Source of the DNA: Anthoceros angustus
Lineage: Eukaryota > Plantae > Anthocerotophyta
Assembly: GCA_010909165.1 (NCBI GenBank)
Contig: MU008182.1
Coordinates: 248,001 to 312,000, forward strand
Direction of reading: 5' to 3'
Length of the DNA stretch: 64,000 nucleotides
Of this stretch, positions 1 to 12,034 are shown in pieces. The number at the start of each line of letters is the position of its first letter. Position 1 is the stretch's first letter. The translations under genes were made by a program, and so were the position numbers. Below the pieces are notes generated by a model that saw nothing but the letters and a program-made list of their open reading frames with translations, ran no database searches and was not told where the DNA came from.

Positions 1-175
1 TTACATGAACTTTCCTGACTTCTTACACAAAATGGTGCCACTTTAACTTTCGTCATTGTTAACCTTGTTCCCAGTTTGTGGTGGAGACCCAGACTCAGAG
101 GCTTGAGGAGCTGCAGTTCAAGCAGTCACGCCAGCTTGTTCCTATCAAGCCATCTTTTCCAAAAACAATGGTATA
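1..175 (+). repeat. Duplicate of 1305-1480 (intron end, 96-bp exon and donor of the host gene); partial tandem gene duplication
   Basis: Identical to 1305-1480 except for one missing A; diverges after ...AACAATGGTATA. Confidence 0.9.
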
Positions 176-262
176 AGGTTGCCACTTTGGAAGCTAACTG
201 TTTTGCAGTTTTGGATGTTAGTGATATTTGTGGCATATGCTCATATTCACTTGGCTTGGCAG

Positions 263-2846
263 ACGAGAGTGGGAGCGTGTTTTGTCTAGACAACGGTCAC
301 AACCTCATGGTTCAACGGTAGCTGGACATGGAGATTATGACTCTCCACGGTACTTGGGGCTCCTCTGAGCGCCTTTTATGCTACAGTTAGGAGAGGAAGT
401 AGTGCTGGAAGTGCAAATGAACGCCCAAGCTATGAAAGGGATTCATTTTCCCATTCCAGGCCGTACTCTAGCTTTGGTAGGAGTCCATCCTATCGTGTGT
501 ATGATGGATTAGATCGTGATCGTGAAGGACAGAGGGATCGTGACTGGGATTGGGAGCGAGATAGAGACCGAGAGTTTCGTGATAGAGAAAGGGAGAGAGC
601 ATTGGCGTTTGGTGCTGGAGATGATAGGGATATAGAGCGTGAGCGCTCAGACACAACTTTCAAGGCCAACTACTTCAGGAACTGCAGGCAGGTATGAGTC
701 AGATTTGGCTCTACGGCGATCTCAGTCTCTCGGTTCAAACAGGGGTCAGAGAACGGGAGAAGAAAGCTGTAGGTGAGTTAGGTGGACTCCCAACAGCAGC
801 CCCAACAGTCAGTAGTGTTAGTCTGACTAGCAGTATGCAAAAGGCTGCGTTTGAACGAAATTTTCCTTCTCTTGGGGCTCAGGAAAGGCAGAGCGCTATT
901 CAATCTGGCACTGGGAATGTAGCAGTGCTGAGTCCTCGACCTTCATGGCAGGGATCCACTTCACGGCCAGATGGAAGAACTGGTGCTTCTCCTGGGATGC
1001 CATCCACTCAGGGTGCGATCTCTGGAAGTTCTTCAGCTGGTGGTGTTGTGAGCATTGGGGCAGAAGGGTGGAATTCGGCTCTTGCTGAAGCACCCCCTGT
1101 TGTGAGCAGCACTGTCCCAGTAAATAATGGGGTGTCTCCAGGAGTGGCCACTGTAACAACTATAAGTCCAACCCCACACTCTGGAGGCACTTTATCAACC
1201 TCTTTGAGTGCTCCAAAGATGGCTGAAACTTTGGCTCAGAATCCTTCTCGAATCAGGACTCCTCCCCAGGTGAGGCTGCTGTTCCTGGGTGTTATTTGCC
1301 AGCCTTACATGAACTTTCCTGACTTCTTACACAAAAATGGTGCCACTTTAACTTTCGTCATTGTTAACCTTGTTCCCAGTTTGTGGTGGAGACCCAGACT
1401 CAGAGGCTTGAGGAGCTGCAGTTCAAGCAGTCACGCCAGCTTGTTCCTATCAAGCCATCTTTTCCAAAAACAATGGTATATACACTGTGACCACTGTCAG
1501 AATGTATGTTCGAGCTCTATGAGCAGTCTCTTTGTTTGCGATTAGTCATGCAAATTGTTCTGCAGGGAGTAAGCCCAAGGGATAAATCAAAGACTAAGGT
1601 GGTGAGAGCTGTGGACGTCGTTGCACCGATTCCAACAAAATTGTCCCAGCCTTCAGGCTCTTCACAGCTTCTAAGTGCACCTTACCGGCTACCAGCTGCC
1701 ATGGCAAGAACCGAGACATTGAAGACAGCCCCTCCTGGGAAGCTTCTCGTAAACAAGGCAAGGAAAGAAGCAAATCCTGGTACTGTACTAACAGCAACTT
1801 CTATGAAGGCTGATAACATCCCAGCCAGTGCTGGAACGGTGGGTACAGTGGTGGCAGGCTTGGTATCCTCAGGTTCTCTAGCAGCAAATACAATGGCGGC
1901 TCCTCCTCGGAAGCAAAAACAGTTGCTGGACCGTAGAGCCGTGCCAATTACCCCGATTTCTGTGTCTTCAGGCTTGGAGGGAGGCAATGGACTACGGATT
2001 AAAGATGCAACTGATGATAAAAGGCCTCCTGCACAGGTTCAAAATCGCAGTGATTTTTTCAATGCTCTGAGGAAAAAGGCAGCGGGAGTTGGTCTTGTCT
2101 CAGGTAATATTGAGAAGGCAGAAGTAGCTCTCGCGAAAGGTGATGATAATATTGTGAAGGACCTCAGAAATTCACTGCAATATGATTTTTCGACAGACAG
2201 TCCTCAGTTGGCAGGTTTTGATGTCAAAGAGAACGGCGTAGAGAGCTCGGGATTAGAGGATCCTACTGATACTGTGGCGAACCACGCATCAAGTGATCTT
2301 GGGAAAGAAAATTTGCACAATGGGCTTTCGGTAGAGGGGTTCAATGGATTGTCTGAAAGTCCCAATGATCTAGGCGATCTCTCTGCCTCAAGGCAAGGGG
2401 ACTCTGTGGTTGGTGGTTCTGAAGAAGAAGAGGCAGCATTTTTGCGGTCATTGGGTTGGGAGGAGAGTGCAGAGGGTGGAGAGGAAGCTCTTACTGAGGA
2501 GGAAATCAATGCTTTCTACCAGGAGGTAGATTATTGGTGTCGACTCTTCAGCTTTTGGTTTCTGTGATTCTGCATTGGGCTTAGTGCTTTCATTTTGGTT
2601 GGTACATTTAGGTTTTGTGGAGTTGTTGGACTTGCCCGCACCTATGCATGGTTTAGTTTCTCAGGCCTCTTTCCTTTGGAATGTTTGCAGCGCATGCAGT
2701 CAATGTCCAAAAAGCCGTCTCTTCACAACCCCCGAAGTCACAGGCTAAAACCCTTGGACTTGTTTGTGGGCAGCATTGGCAGTATCTCATCAGGCCTGAG
2801 TACATCAGACAGCGAGTCGGATGAAGAAGTACACACTCGCTGTTGA
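263..2846 (+). CDS. Plant GPBP1/vasculin-like protein (At1g36990/At4g08510-like family); 5' exon not seen; exons ~263-1269, 1380-1475, 1566-2525, 2691-2846; frameshifts in the first exon
   Basis: GT-AG junctions join the frames in phase 0. Motifs: RD/RE-rich tract, LRRSQS, FERNFPSLG, QRLEELQFKQSRQLVP, RSDFFNALRKK, EEEAAFLRSLGWEE..LTEEEINAFY, C-terminal GSISSGLSTSDSE. The RD tract, LRRSQS and FERNFPSL lie in three different frames. Confidence 0.8.
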
Positions 2847-4867
2847 TGGGAAGGAAAATTGAATACAGTGGATTTACATGCTGAGACTCTACGTCTGGTG
2901 GCAACGAGTATTTAGATAGGCTCATGACAAGCTGGCAAATGGATCTTGTCGGGGCACCCTGTTCCTCTCTCGTAGTTACGTGAAGAGCCGGACGAGTTAA
3001 GGAGAATCTATGTGCTCATTACTGATTGTTTTAGTAGTGAGATAGTTCGGAGGAGGGATTCCCCCCTGCCAACAGCTTTCTGAGTGTAGAGGAATGAGAA
3101 GCAGAGCTTTCGATCTGGCCCAAATAGTTAACACTGCTGTTCAAAGCAGAAGCTTCAGGCATCTGAATGGGCAGCGTTGCAGCCCAAGCTCTCCATGTGT
3201 TCGGGTTTTGTCGTCTCGCACTCTCCATCACGCATGTGACTTTTGGCGAAGAGAATGCGACGGGTTTTCCTATGGCAAAAGGCTTTCAAATTGTGGGACT
3301 TTGGTACGCACAGCTTGGGCGATTTTATATTCTCTATCGTAATTTTTGATTTTTATCTTGGTTAAGTTTTCATATTTTTCTACGGAGTGTAGGTAATGAA
3401 AAACCACTATTTTGGGAACTGCTTTTCTACGCCCAAAGCGCCCGCACTACTACACAATATGAGATCATAAACCAGATAGAAGAGTAGACGTTATTAATAG
3501 GTGAGATGGGGAATCCCATCTTCCCCTGAAGTCCGAGGAGGAACAACCCAAAAAGGGCTAATAGTAAAAGGGGAAGTCCTAGTCCCCTCGAATGCCTTTT
3601 CCATAACTACCTACTGCACCAATGATATCGTGATCAGGGATGATGAAGGGCCTACCTACCACCGAAGAAGCCGCTTAGTCCTGCGACGTAGTCATTCTAT
3701 AAAGAAGCTGTCACAGAGCGATGGAAACCCGCTGGCGAAAGAAAGTCACCACGGAGGAAAGGGGGAGGCCCCTCCAATTCCTGTGGCTGTGATAGGCTTT
3801 TCCACACTCCTTAATTAACTTAGAGAAGTCCTTGCCCATAGCCCCACGAGTCTCGAGGGCGAGGGGGATGAAAACATGGCCATCTTGCATAGGAGAGTAC
3901 TTGTGAGTCTTGCTGGTTGCGCATCCTTCCGCCGCCCAGCCCGGGGGGTTGATGATGACATGCTCGCTTATAGAGTCTCTCATGGGATCCGTGACAACCA
4001 CATCAGCGATATAATTTTGCTCCCCCCTAGTATAAAAAAGGTTTGCCCTCAGTGACACGCCATTACGCAATGTATATGGGCGCCCTGCATGTAAAAATCC
4101 GCCTCCATAGTTATCGAAAACATGACGCGAACGGCCATGCGTAACACGCTGCTCACCGGGACAATAGGCCAAATGGGATCCGGAATTGTCGATGGCAGCT
4201 CCACAATTGCATGTGGAAAGAGGAGGCGGAGGATGAGCTAAACCGAGGACCCTCATCGCGGCGGTGCGACGTCAGTGATTCGAACGCTGTAATGCAAGGC
4301 CGAGCCAAAAGCGAAGCCTCGCCTTCCCGAACAGAACGTGGGCCTGCGAAGACCGGGAATGGAGGAGTCCGGAAGGAGGGCCTGCTCAGAATATTGCTTC
4401 TCCGGAGAGAGGCTTGAAGGCTACGCAACCCTTCCTTAGAGAAAGAGGAAAAAGGAGGCATGGCATCCCTAGCCTCTGAGGAAAGGGAGTCCCTAGCCCG
4501 CCTGAGAGAGACTCGCAGGCCCTCCTCTAAACTAGGCAAGGCTCCGATGGGGAGTCTGCATTAAGAATCAAGAGGCCAAAATTGGGGTAGAGAGGGCCCA
4601 ACTCCCGAGGAAAACTGCTGGAGCTGAGGCCTCCATGGCCAGCAAGCTAGTGCCTCCAAAGGCCACTGGCAATGATGCCTGTTTCCGCATCAAGTCACCG
4701 TCGGCGCATTCGAAGGTGCCGGGACCTATAATGTCCCCAAGCGCCTGCATAACCTGCCTATCAAAATGCCTCAAGCTTGATAAAAAGGCCGGGGATGGAG
4801 CAACTGTCCTCGTAAGATAACCTGGTCAACGCGCGAAGCAGGAAGACAAAATACCAAACGCAACTTG

Positions 4868-4992
4868 AGGGTCCCCAATTTGTGAAGGGTCCCCAATTTG
4901 TGAAGGGTCCCCAATTTGTGAAGGGTCCCCAATTTGTGAAGGATCCCCAATTTGTGAAAGGTCCCCAGTGTGTGAAAGGTCCCCAATGTGAG
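4868..4992. repeat. 18-bp tandem repeat (~7 copies, AGGGTCCCCAATTTGTGA) inside the CRE ORF
   Basis: Seen directly; encodes (SQIGDP)n in ORF 4826..5149. Confidence 0.95.
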
Positions 4993-5454
4993 CCACGTCT
5001 TCTTCCAGAGCCACGTCCACAAACCCTCGAATAAAGTTAGGGGGACCCAGCGAAACTCCGAGGACCCGAAACCCTTGTGGAGAAATAACATCCCCCCCCT
5101 TGGATAGTGAAGAGGGGGTGTATTGCCCAAAGGGGAACACACCCTGCACTTATCGATCTTGACCCTTAATCCCATACGGGAGAGCTCCAAGGAGAAGAGA
5201 TCAAAGGCAGCCCTCACCTTGTCCCTTGGCCCGAGGATATGGGTATCGTCAGCCACGGATGGGAAAAGGCACTCCCGAACTGCAGAGGCTATGGAGGACA
5301 GCGCCCTGAAGTGCGCCATGGCGAAGAGGGCGCCTCCCAATCGATCCCCTTGCCTTGTGCCCGTCGCTGAGTGGAGAACCGAAACACCTTCCGTAGCTGG
5401 ACCATGTTGATAGTAGAGATTGGACAGAGAACCGTAGAAGGAGAGAACAAATGG

Positions 5455-5509
5455 AAGATCTAGGTTGGGGTCGGCCTGGTCGACCTTGGCCGACCCCAAC
5501 CTAGATCTT
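5455..5509. repeat. Perfect 22-bp inverted repeat with an 11-nt spacer
   Basis: AAGATCTAGGTTGGGGTCGGCC (5455-5476) and GGCCGACCCCAACCTAGATCTT (5488-5509). Confidence 0.95.
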
Positions 5510-6569
5510 GCCACCAAAAGATCCTCCTCTTGTAGAGCCTCCCAATCCCCCGCCCGAAAGCGGCGGAGGTGGGAAGCCACCTCCCTATGGGTCGAAGAAC
5601 TGCCCCTAGAGCGCCGAAGACACCACCTAGGAAGGAAAAGGAAAAGAGTCCAAGCCTCCTCATCCCCGGGGTCCCGCACAAGGCAATCCAATGGAAGGCG
5701 GTACGCAAGGCGAACATCATCGTGAAGACGCCTCGGGAGCCGCCGGAAAAAATGGGCGCTCGGGAAACGAGTGTGAAACAACGGCAGCAGGTGGTTGGAC
5801 TGCCTCCGAAGCCACTCCCAAGACTCTGGTAGCGGCCCATGGGAGGCTGCCGGAAGAGGGATTGGGTGAGCTGCTGCGCCAGAAGAAGAAGCAAGCCGTA
5901 CTTGTGCCTCCCAAGTAGTCTTGTCGAAATCCTTGTGCTTGTGCCCCATGTGACATTTCACCCCCTTGACCCCAGAACAAACTTGAGAGCAGACCGGGCA
6001 GGGGGTGTCCCTCATAGGCGCAGATTGGGTGGCCCGCATCATACTGGGGAGCCCTGTAAAAAGACCTGGAGAAGACCCTGGAAAAGACCATGTATAGAAG
6101 ACCCTTGAGACACCGCTCACCGCTCCAAAACTCTTGAGAACACCACTCCCTGAACACCGCTCTAGCATGACTCCATAAACCTCCTCAGCCAAGTATGAGT
6201 AGATAACAATTCCACAATTGATGAGTGAATAATAATCTGCTGAGCGTTATTCTCAAGTGAGAAATCTTCTACACGAGATAAGAAGAACCAGATAATTTAG
6301 GTGTGTCCAAATATCCAAGGGGCAGAATGTAATTTTACTCATTGTATGTGTTTTTCATATAATCATCAAAAGCTTCAGCAGGTCCGTAATAAGGGTTTCC
6401 ACTTTGTGATATGGTCTTAATGAGTTGTGAGTGTATATTTGAACTCTTCAAACCCTATTTGATATTAGTTATAATATATAATCCAGAAAGAAAATCAACT
6501 TGGACAATAATTGGGTTATAAACAGTTTGGAAAACCAAAATTTTCTCCCTCTCACCCGGTTGCTGCTGG

Positions 6570-7400
6570 AGGATGTAGGCTACAATGTTTACCTAACAAG
6601 CTTGTGTGTTCTAGTCCAGGGTGTTCCTTCCTATTGTCTATCGTGACGACGTTGTGGAACGAACCATGCTAGTCGTCATCGGGTGTTACCTCGTCAAACC
6701 GAGGTTCCCGTACTCTGGTAGGTCGTTCCTGAGGACAACGTTGTGGCCCTTTGTCCGCGACTAAGGTGGAGCCACTCAACCATTGTCCTCACTCCTTGGC
6801 CAGCTCAGCCACAAGCACACTCCCCCAATCAATTCCTCAGTTAGTCCAGCTCATACCACACAGTCTAACCACATCCATTACTCACTCTAGACTCCTCACA
6901 ACTCATGGTGTTGGAGCCACTCGTGCCGGACGGCCTCTTCCCGTCCTTGCACTACCCGAAGGAACACAAACCCTGCACACAACAATTCAGTCTCAATTCT
7001 TCATACACACAGTCACGGAACAATTAGCCATACGTCCACCCCTCCGCAAGCAAGGCAGCCTCCCGCTCTTCCTCAACGATCAACTGACAACGTTGACAGA
7101 ATTGAACACTGTTTCAAGAGCTAAAGCCCCAATTTATACAAACGGCCCTTAGATCAACCTTGGATTGTTCTAACAAGAGGAATCACTCAAAATAGATGGG
7201 GTCCCCTCTAGCTAACTATTTAGGGATTTCTCCCTTGTTGCGTTTGTCCCGGTGGCTACCCCCTGACTTGACTCTTGACCATCCAGTCCCTCTTGTGGTG
7301 CCAAAAGATTGGCCACTGCCCCTTCTTCCTCACGGCCCTCCCACAGCTCACCATGGTGGCCGCTCGTCAGGAGTTTCTCATGCTCAACTTCCATCCTAAT
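6570..7400 (-). mobile_element. Possible solo or partial gypsy LTR
   Basis: Non-coding, LTR-like composition with a minus-strand TATA (TGTATAAAT ~7132-7140). Termini and TSD not resolved. Confidence 0.3.
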
Positions 7401-8196
7401 GTATAATCAGGATAATTGCATTGGAGCAAGCGAGGAGCATGAGGCGCTGGTAGCAGGCACACAAACATACGCTAAAAATAATTCATTATGAGAGTTCAAA
7501 CAACATAAAGAGTGTGTGTGAGAATAACTGTCTTAACCTAAAAATAATAATTGTATTACCTATTCCGTAATTGATGACCTAACCTGTATCCTATAAGGGA
7601 CATGCGAGTTAGTGTATGATAACTTAAAGTATCCCAATATGCCCCCTAAGACCTAACTCGGAAACTTATCTGGTTAGAGAGAATCTGAGTGGCAAGGCGC
7701 CATCTCCACATTGTCCAGAGCGATAGCATATAGACTGTGTTCATGGCTGATCCCTACGCGCTGATCGTTTTTCACCTGCTAGAGCTCACTATAGCAATCA
7801 TGCTCCCTCCTAAACCAGATGCGCAACACAAAAGGAAAAGTGACAGACGGAATCCTAAGCTGGAAGACAAGCGCGGATTCCCGTTGCAGGGGAAAAAACA
7901 GACAGAGACCTCCAGTTGAAGATGAAAACGATTCCATGGCCTTATCAACGATTCCATGGCCTTATCGCACAGGCTCTAGTTGGCAAGAGAGGTGGCATGC
8001 TTGCAACCACTACCGGAAGAGGAGTCCCATCTTCTGCAATACAGGTACTGTATAGAAAAAAAAAGAGAAAACGGCTGCTATGCCCTGCTTTGGTTACCTT
8101 GAAAGATTCATCCAGGGCTAACAGCTATGGTGTTGGTGCTGCAGGCTTGGGTCCAAAGACTGTGCTATGCATTACACAAAGAAGATGGTCACTGCG

Positions 8197-8364
8197 AGGA
8201 TGCCCAAACATTGCTGCGACCACGTAGTCTGTAGCTTAACCACTCTTCTTCTTTTGAGTAGCTATGCTACTCTCCCCATTAGGATGCCCAAACATTGCTG
8301 AGACCATGTAGTCTGTAGCTTAACCACTCTTCTTCTTTTGAGTAGCTATGCTACTCTCCCCATT
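8197..8364. repeat. 84-bp tandem duplication
   Basis: 8197-8280 vs 8281-8364, two substitutions. Confidence 0.95.
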
Positions 8365-8414
8365 CAGATAAGTTGCTCGATCTGTTAAACCAAGTGAGGC
8401 TCGATGCTGCTAAT

Positions 8415-9985
8415 TGTTGAGATTGGAAGCTAGCCATGCTTCAAGAGGGTCAAAAATGTCAAGAAAGCAAGTGTTTAGAATTGCAAAACTAAGATCACCT
8501 AAACGAGGCCTTAAAACACAAATGAAGAGCAACTTTGAGCAAACAACACAAAGACAATAGTCAAAGAGCTGAACCTACTATAGCTAGCTGGTATCACCCC
8601 TTTTTAAACCCTAGAAATTGTCACTCACGTTTCCTACTCAATATGGGGTATATGTTTCCCATTTACCCACTTCTATATATTTATAGTAACAATCACCTAC
8701 ATCTTTTACGCATAGTCATATCCATCTTAACAAACTCAGTAAGCTGCATCCTCAACACTCCCACTCAGTGCACCTGAGTTTGCCTTAAATCCAACTACCT
8801 CTCTACACTTCTCAAACTTGAACTTGCTCAAAGCCTTGGTCAAGAAATCTGCAGCCATATCCTCCGTTTTGCAATACTCAAATGTAACCTCCAACGATTT
8901 CACCCTTTCACGAACAAAGAATAGTTGGCTGCACTTGTTGATACCCAATTTCTTCCATGAACCTTCTCAAACAAATGGCTTCCTTTGTAGCTTGTGTGGA
9001 AGCCATGTACTCAGCCTCCACTGTAGACATTGCAACATTTGGTTGCTTTTTGCTATTCCAACTGATGGCACCTCCCCCAAGAATAAACACATATCCGGTT
9101 GTGGACCTCCGATCATCAAGATCGGTCCCCCAATTCGAGTCACAATATCCAAGCAGTCTGTGTCCTTCATTTGAACCTGAAAACTCAAGGTACATGTCAT
9201 GTGTGCTTTCAAGTACCTCATTGTCCTCTTCACTGCAATCCAATGTGGCTTTCCAGGATTTTGAATATAGTGGCTCACAACACCTAGAGCTTTCCCAAGA
9301 TCTGGACGAGTTGCAACCATGGCAAACATCAAACTGCCCACTGCTTGTCTGTAAGGAATGTTCTTCATCTCCTCCTCCTCGTGATTGGTTGCAGGACATT
9401 GGTCTTTGCTAAGCCTCATATCTAAACAGAGAGGCGTTGCAATTGGCCTGCAATCAGTCATTCTAAAACGATCCAAGAGTTCCTCAATGTACTTCTGTTG
9501 TCCAAGCTTGATTGTTCTCCTCACCCTGTCTCTAAGCACTTGAATTCCAAGGCAATAGTTGAGCTCGCCCAAGTCCTTCATTTCAAATTGTCTTGACAAC
9601 ATCTCCTTTACCTCATTGATGGCATCTATATATGCGCTTAACAAAATGATGGCTAGAATAACCATAGATTGGAGAACTTTGGATATGTAGATGCTCTCAT
9701 CAAATGTGCATTGTTGAAATCCTTGCTCCTTTAAGAAGGCATTGATCTTCTCATACCAAGCTCTAGACCCTTGCTTCAATCCATAGAAAGCTTTCTTCAA
9801 TTTGCACACCAAACTCTCATTGCCTTTTTCGATATACCCTTCGGGTTGCTCCATATGAATGTCCTCCTCCAAGTCTCCATTGAGAAATGCAGTTTTTACA
9901 TCCATTTGATGAATCTCCAAATCATCAATTGCTCCCACTGCAAATAAAGTCCTTATTGACACAAATTTGGCCACTGGAGCAAGGA
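8415..9985 (-). mobile_element. Copia-A 3' fragment: RT-RNase H, PPT and 3' LTR (8415-8757)
   Basis: TGTTGAG...CTCAACA LTR; PPT TGAGTGGGAG at 8758-8767; HQMDVKTAFLNG, LKKAFYGLKQ, ADFLTKAL; small deletions remove YVDD and part of RNase H. Confidence 0.92.
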
Positions 9986-10304
9986 GCGAGGCAACATACC
10001 CCCCGCGTATGTTGCCTCGCTCCTCATCACTGGACAGCCACACAGTGCGTTCTTCCCTCCACGCTCTGTCCTCCGCCTCGCTCATCTCCTCGAGCACAAT
10101 CTCCGGAGGGTATGCCACGGCTCCCGTTCGAAGGAACCCTTTGGTAGGAGCCTGGTGGTACTAGGATGTGCCGGTGGTTTACGCCCCTCCCCGTCCCAAC
10201 AACCACATACACATTTAGAGTGAGCACCGCTCACCATGCAGTGTGGCGGGACATGAGCATCCTCATCCAGACGCCGAAAGCACAATATCCCGCTTAAAGA
10301 GGCC

Positions 10305-10913
10305 TCACCTCCTCCGTGGACAATCTGGGCGGTACGCTTCGGGATCCGAGGGAGTTGCATCCCCTCCTACAGCGCTCTTGGCGGTGGCTTCCCCCACCTC
10401 GGGTCCTTCCTCTGCGACGGTGGCCGCTTCAGCCACCGTGGTGGTGGCCTCCTCAACGGTGGCTGTTTCAGCCACCGCGGTGGCTAACGCTCTGCCCTTC
10501 TTCGGCCTGCCCGTCTCTCTCTTGACCCTGGCCCTAGCCTCATCTCTCTCCCGCTTATACCTCTCCGCTAGCTTCTTGAACTTCTCCAGAGGCACCAGCC
10601 TCTCCACTTGTTCCTGGGCGCACGAAATTTCATTATAGAGCTCCTCAATCATGGCATGCGCCCCCTTCACTTGGGTCACCAGGGCCTCCTGTTGGGTATA
10701 CATAATCCTCAGCTCCTCCTGTGTCCTGCTTAGTAGCTCTTCGCACTCCCGCCTGCAGTCCTCCGCTGCCTTTTTCTCGCCCTCCACTCCCTCCAATTTT
10801 TCCTTGAGCAGCTTCTCTTGCTGCCGCTGCATACTAAGCCAAGTGAGAGCCATGGCTGCCTGGTCGAGAAGATCCGGGTCCGGAAATATTGCAAGTCGAC
10901 TGCAGGTCACCAA
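10305..10913 (-). CDS. Coiled-coil portion of the accessory ORF region
   Basis: E/K/R-rich heptad pattern; same position as coiled ORFs at 37155-38133 and 52178-53200. Confidence 0.5.
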   Translation of the reverse strand: MVTCSRLAIFPDPDLLDQAAMALTWLSMQRQQEKLLKEKLEGVEGEKKAAEDCRRECEELLSRTQEELRIMYTQQEALVTQVKGAHAMIEELYNEISCAQEQVERLVPLEKFKKLAERYKRERDEARARVKRETGRPKKGRALATAVAETATVEEATTTVAEAATVAEEGPEVGEATAKSAVGGDATPSDPEAYRPDCPRRR

Positions 10914-11290
10914 ATTGGGTCATCGATTGCCCATTCCCTTCCACATCAAGCCCCGTACTCGAGCTGAGCCATTTGCCTCCACCCCAGCTGGACAGGTCAA
11001 AGGAGTATCCCCAAAAATGTCCTTCAACTCCGATGGGAATCCTGCTGCCGGAGTTACCTCTCCCTCCCCTAGGAGCTGGTCTGCAACTGCCTCCTCATTC
11101 ATAAAAAACTCCCCTAACAGTTGCCACTCATCCTCCAAACCAGTAGGGGGAATATCCTGCTTTCCCTTCTTCTCCATGCCTTTCTTGTTCGACTGGGTGA
11201 CCTGTGGAGCTCTGTCCCTGCGGTCTTTCCCTTTTGGTCAACCCCGTCTGCCGCCTCCCTTCCTCTTCCACTGACCTCCTCGCGACTGGT

Positions 11291-12034
11291 TTATCCTGAA
11301 TCGGGGCAGAATTCCCTAGAGTCCTCCCCCAAATCTTCCTTGGTCTCTTCTTCTTCTACCTTGAGCTCCCTGACCGGCTTCCAGCTATGGAGGGCAGACA
11401 CAACCTCCAACTCAGTTAGGCACTTGGAATGCGCAAACACATAAATCAAGAAGGGCGAGATCAGAGAGGGACGAGGAGAGGAGGAGAGCAAGTTCGCCCT
11501 CTCTTCACACGCCCTCTCAAAAATTATTCTGCCCCAATCAATCCACGTGCCCTTAACTACTTCATGAAGGAAGACCAGGAAGTGATCCGCCATGTGATCC
11601 AGCTTCCTGTTCTGTAGGAAGCACAAAATCCACTTGGCCAGCCCCACGAGTTGCACAGATGCCAGTTGGTGGGTCACCCATCCATTGTTAGCCCGCACCT
11701 CCCCGGGCTTCATAATTGCTGCCCCTGCGGCCTTCAAGGTCTTCTTCCTCTGGGGGTCAATCACCAGGCTCCCATCTTCCGACTCCTCCCGCCCATACAC
11801 TGCCCGGAAGAGTTCCAGGTCCCAATTTTGTGGCCTCTGCCTCATGTCGCCCTCCTGCGACTTGGCCTTCAATTGGCGGGCACACTCCTGCACCAGTGCC
11901 GGACTGACGTAACACCACTTCTTCTCCGTGAAGTTCAGACCCAGTTCCTGCACAAGATCACCAGCTCTAACCTTCCAGTGGTCCATGTTGGGCCACTGCG
12001 TAGTGGGAATCTCTGCCGCAGCCCGAGGTGCCAT
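11291..12034 (-). CDS. Retrotransposon accessory protein, N-terminal domain (Athila ORF / plant-transposon-domain-like); ORF open from 12301, probable ATG 12034
   Basis: Uninterrupted ORF; motifs SPALVQECAR, WDLELFRAVY, KLDHMADHFLVFLH..KG, IDWGRII partly shared with ORFs at ~39.3 kb, ~51.3 kb and ~63 kb. Confidence 0.6.
   Translation of the reverse strand: MAPRAAAEIPTTQWPNMDHWKVRAGDLVQELGLNFTEKKWCYVSPALVQECARQLKAKSQEGDMRQRPQNWDLELFRAVYGREESEDGSLVIDPQRKKTLKAAGAAIMKPGEVRANNGWVTHQLASVQLVGLAKWILCFLQNRKLDHMADHFLVFLHEVVKGTWIDWGRIIFERACEERANLLSSSPRPSLISPFLIYVFAHSKCLTELEVVSALHSWKPVRELKVEEEETKEDLGEDSREFCPDSG

Larger units (their letters stand above)
3430..6190 (-). mobile_element. Degenerate non-LTR retrotransposon, CRE-like (C2H2 finger - RT - Cys/His motif - restriction-like endonuclease)
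   Basis: CPVC..HMGHKH finger; RT motifs GTRQGDRLGGALF and VADDTHILG; QASLPVAFGG; CNCG..HLAYC; ADVVVTDP..KTHKY..FIPLALETRG..FRQRVSIAL. No APE domain. Ends approximate. Confidence 0.8.

Noticed and set aside
4868-4992. CRISPR-like array
   Set aside because: Head-to-tail units without spacers, inside a retrotransposon ORF in eukaryotic DNA; the same applies to 48977-49068.
7700-8400. Minus-strand pseudogene suggested by splice-like sites near 8048 and 8097
   Set aside because: All frames are interrupted and no recognisable domain is present; only the duplications (20 bp at ~7927, 84 bp at 8197) are solid.
8967-10118. 383-aa novel RT fusion protein
   Set aside because: Accidental in-frame join of a gypsy accessory tail to a copia RT that lacks YVDD.
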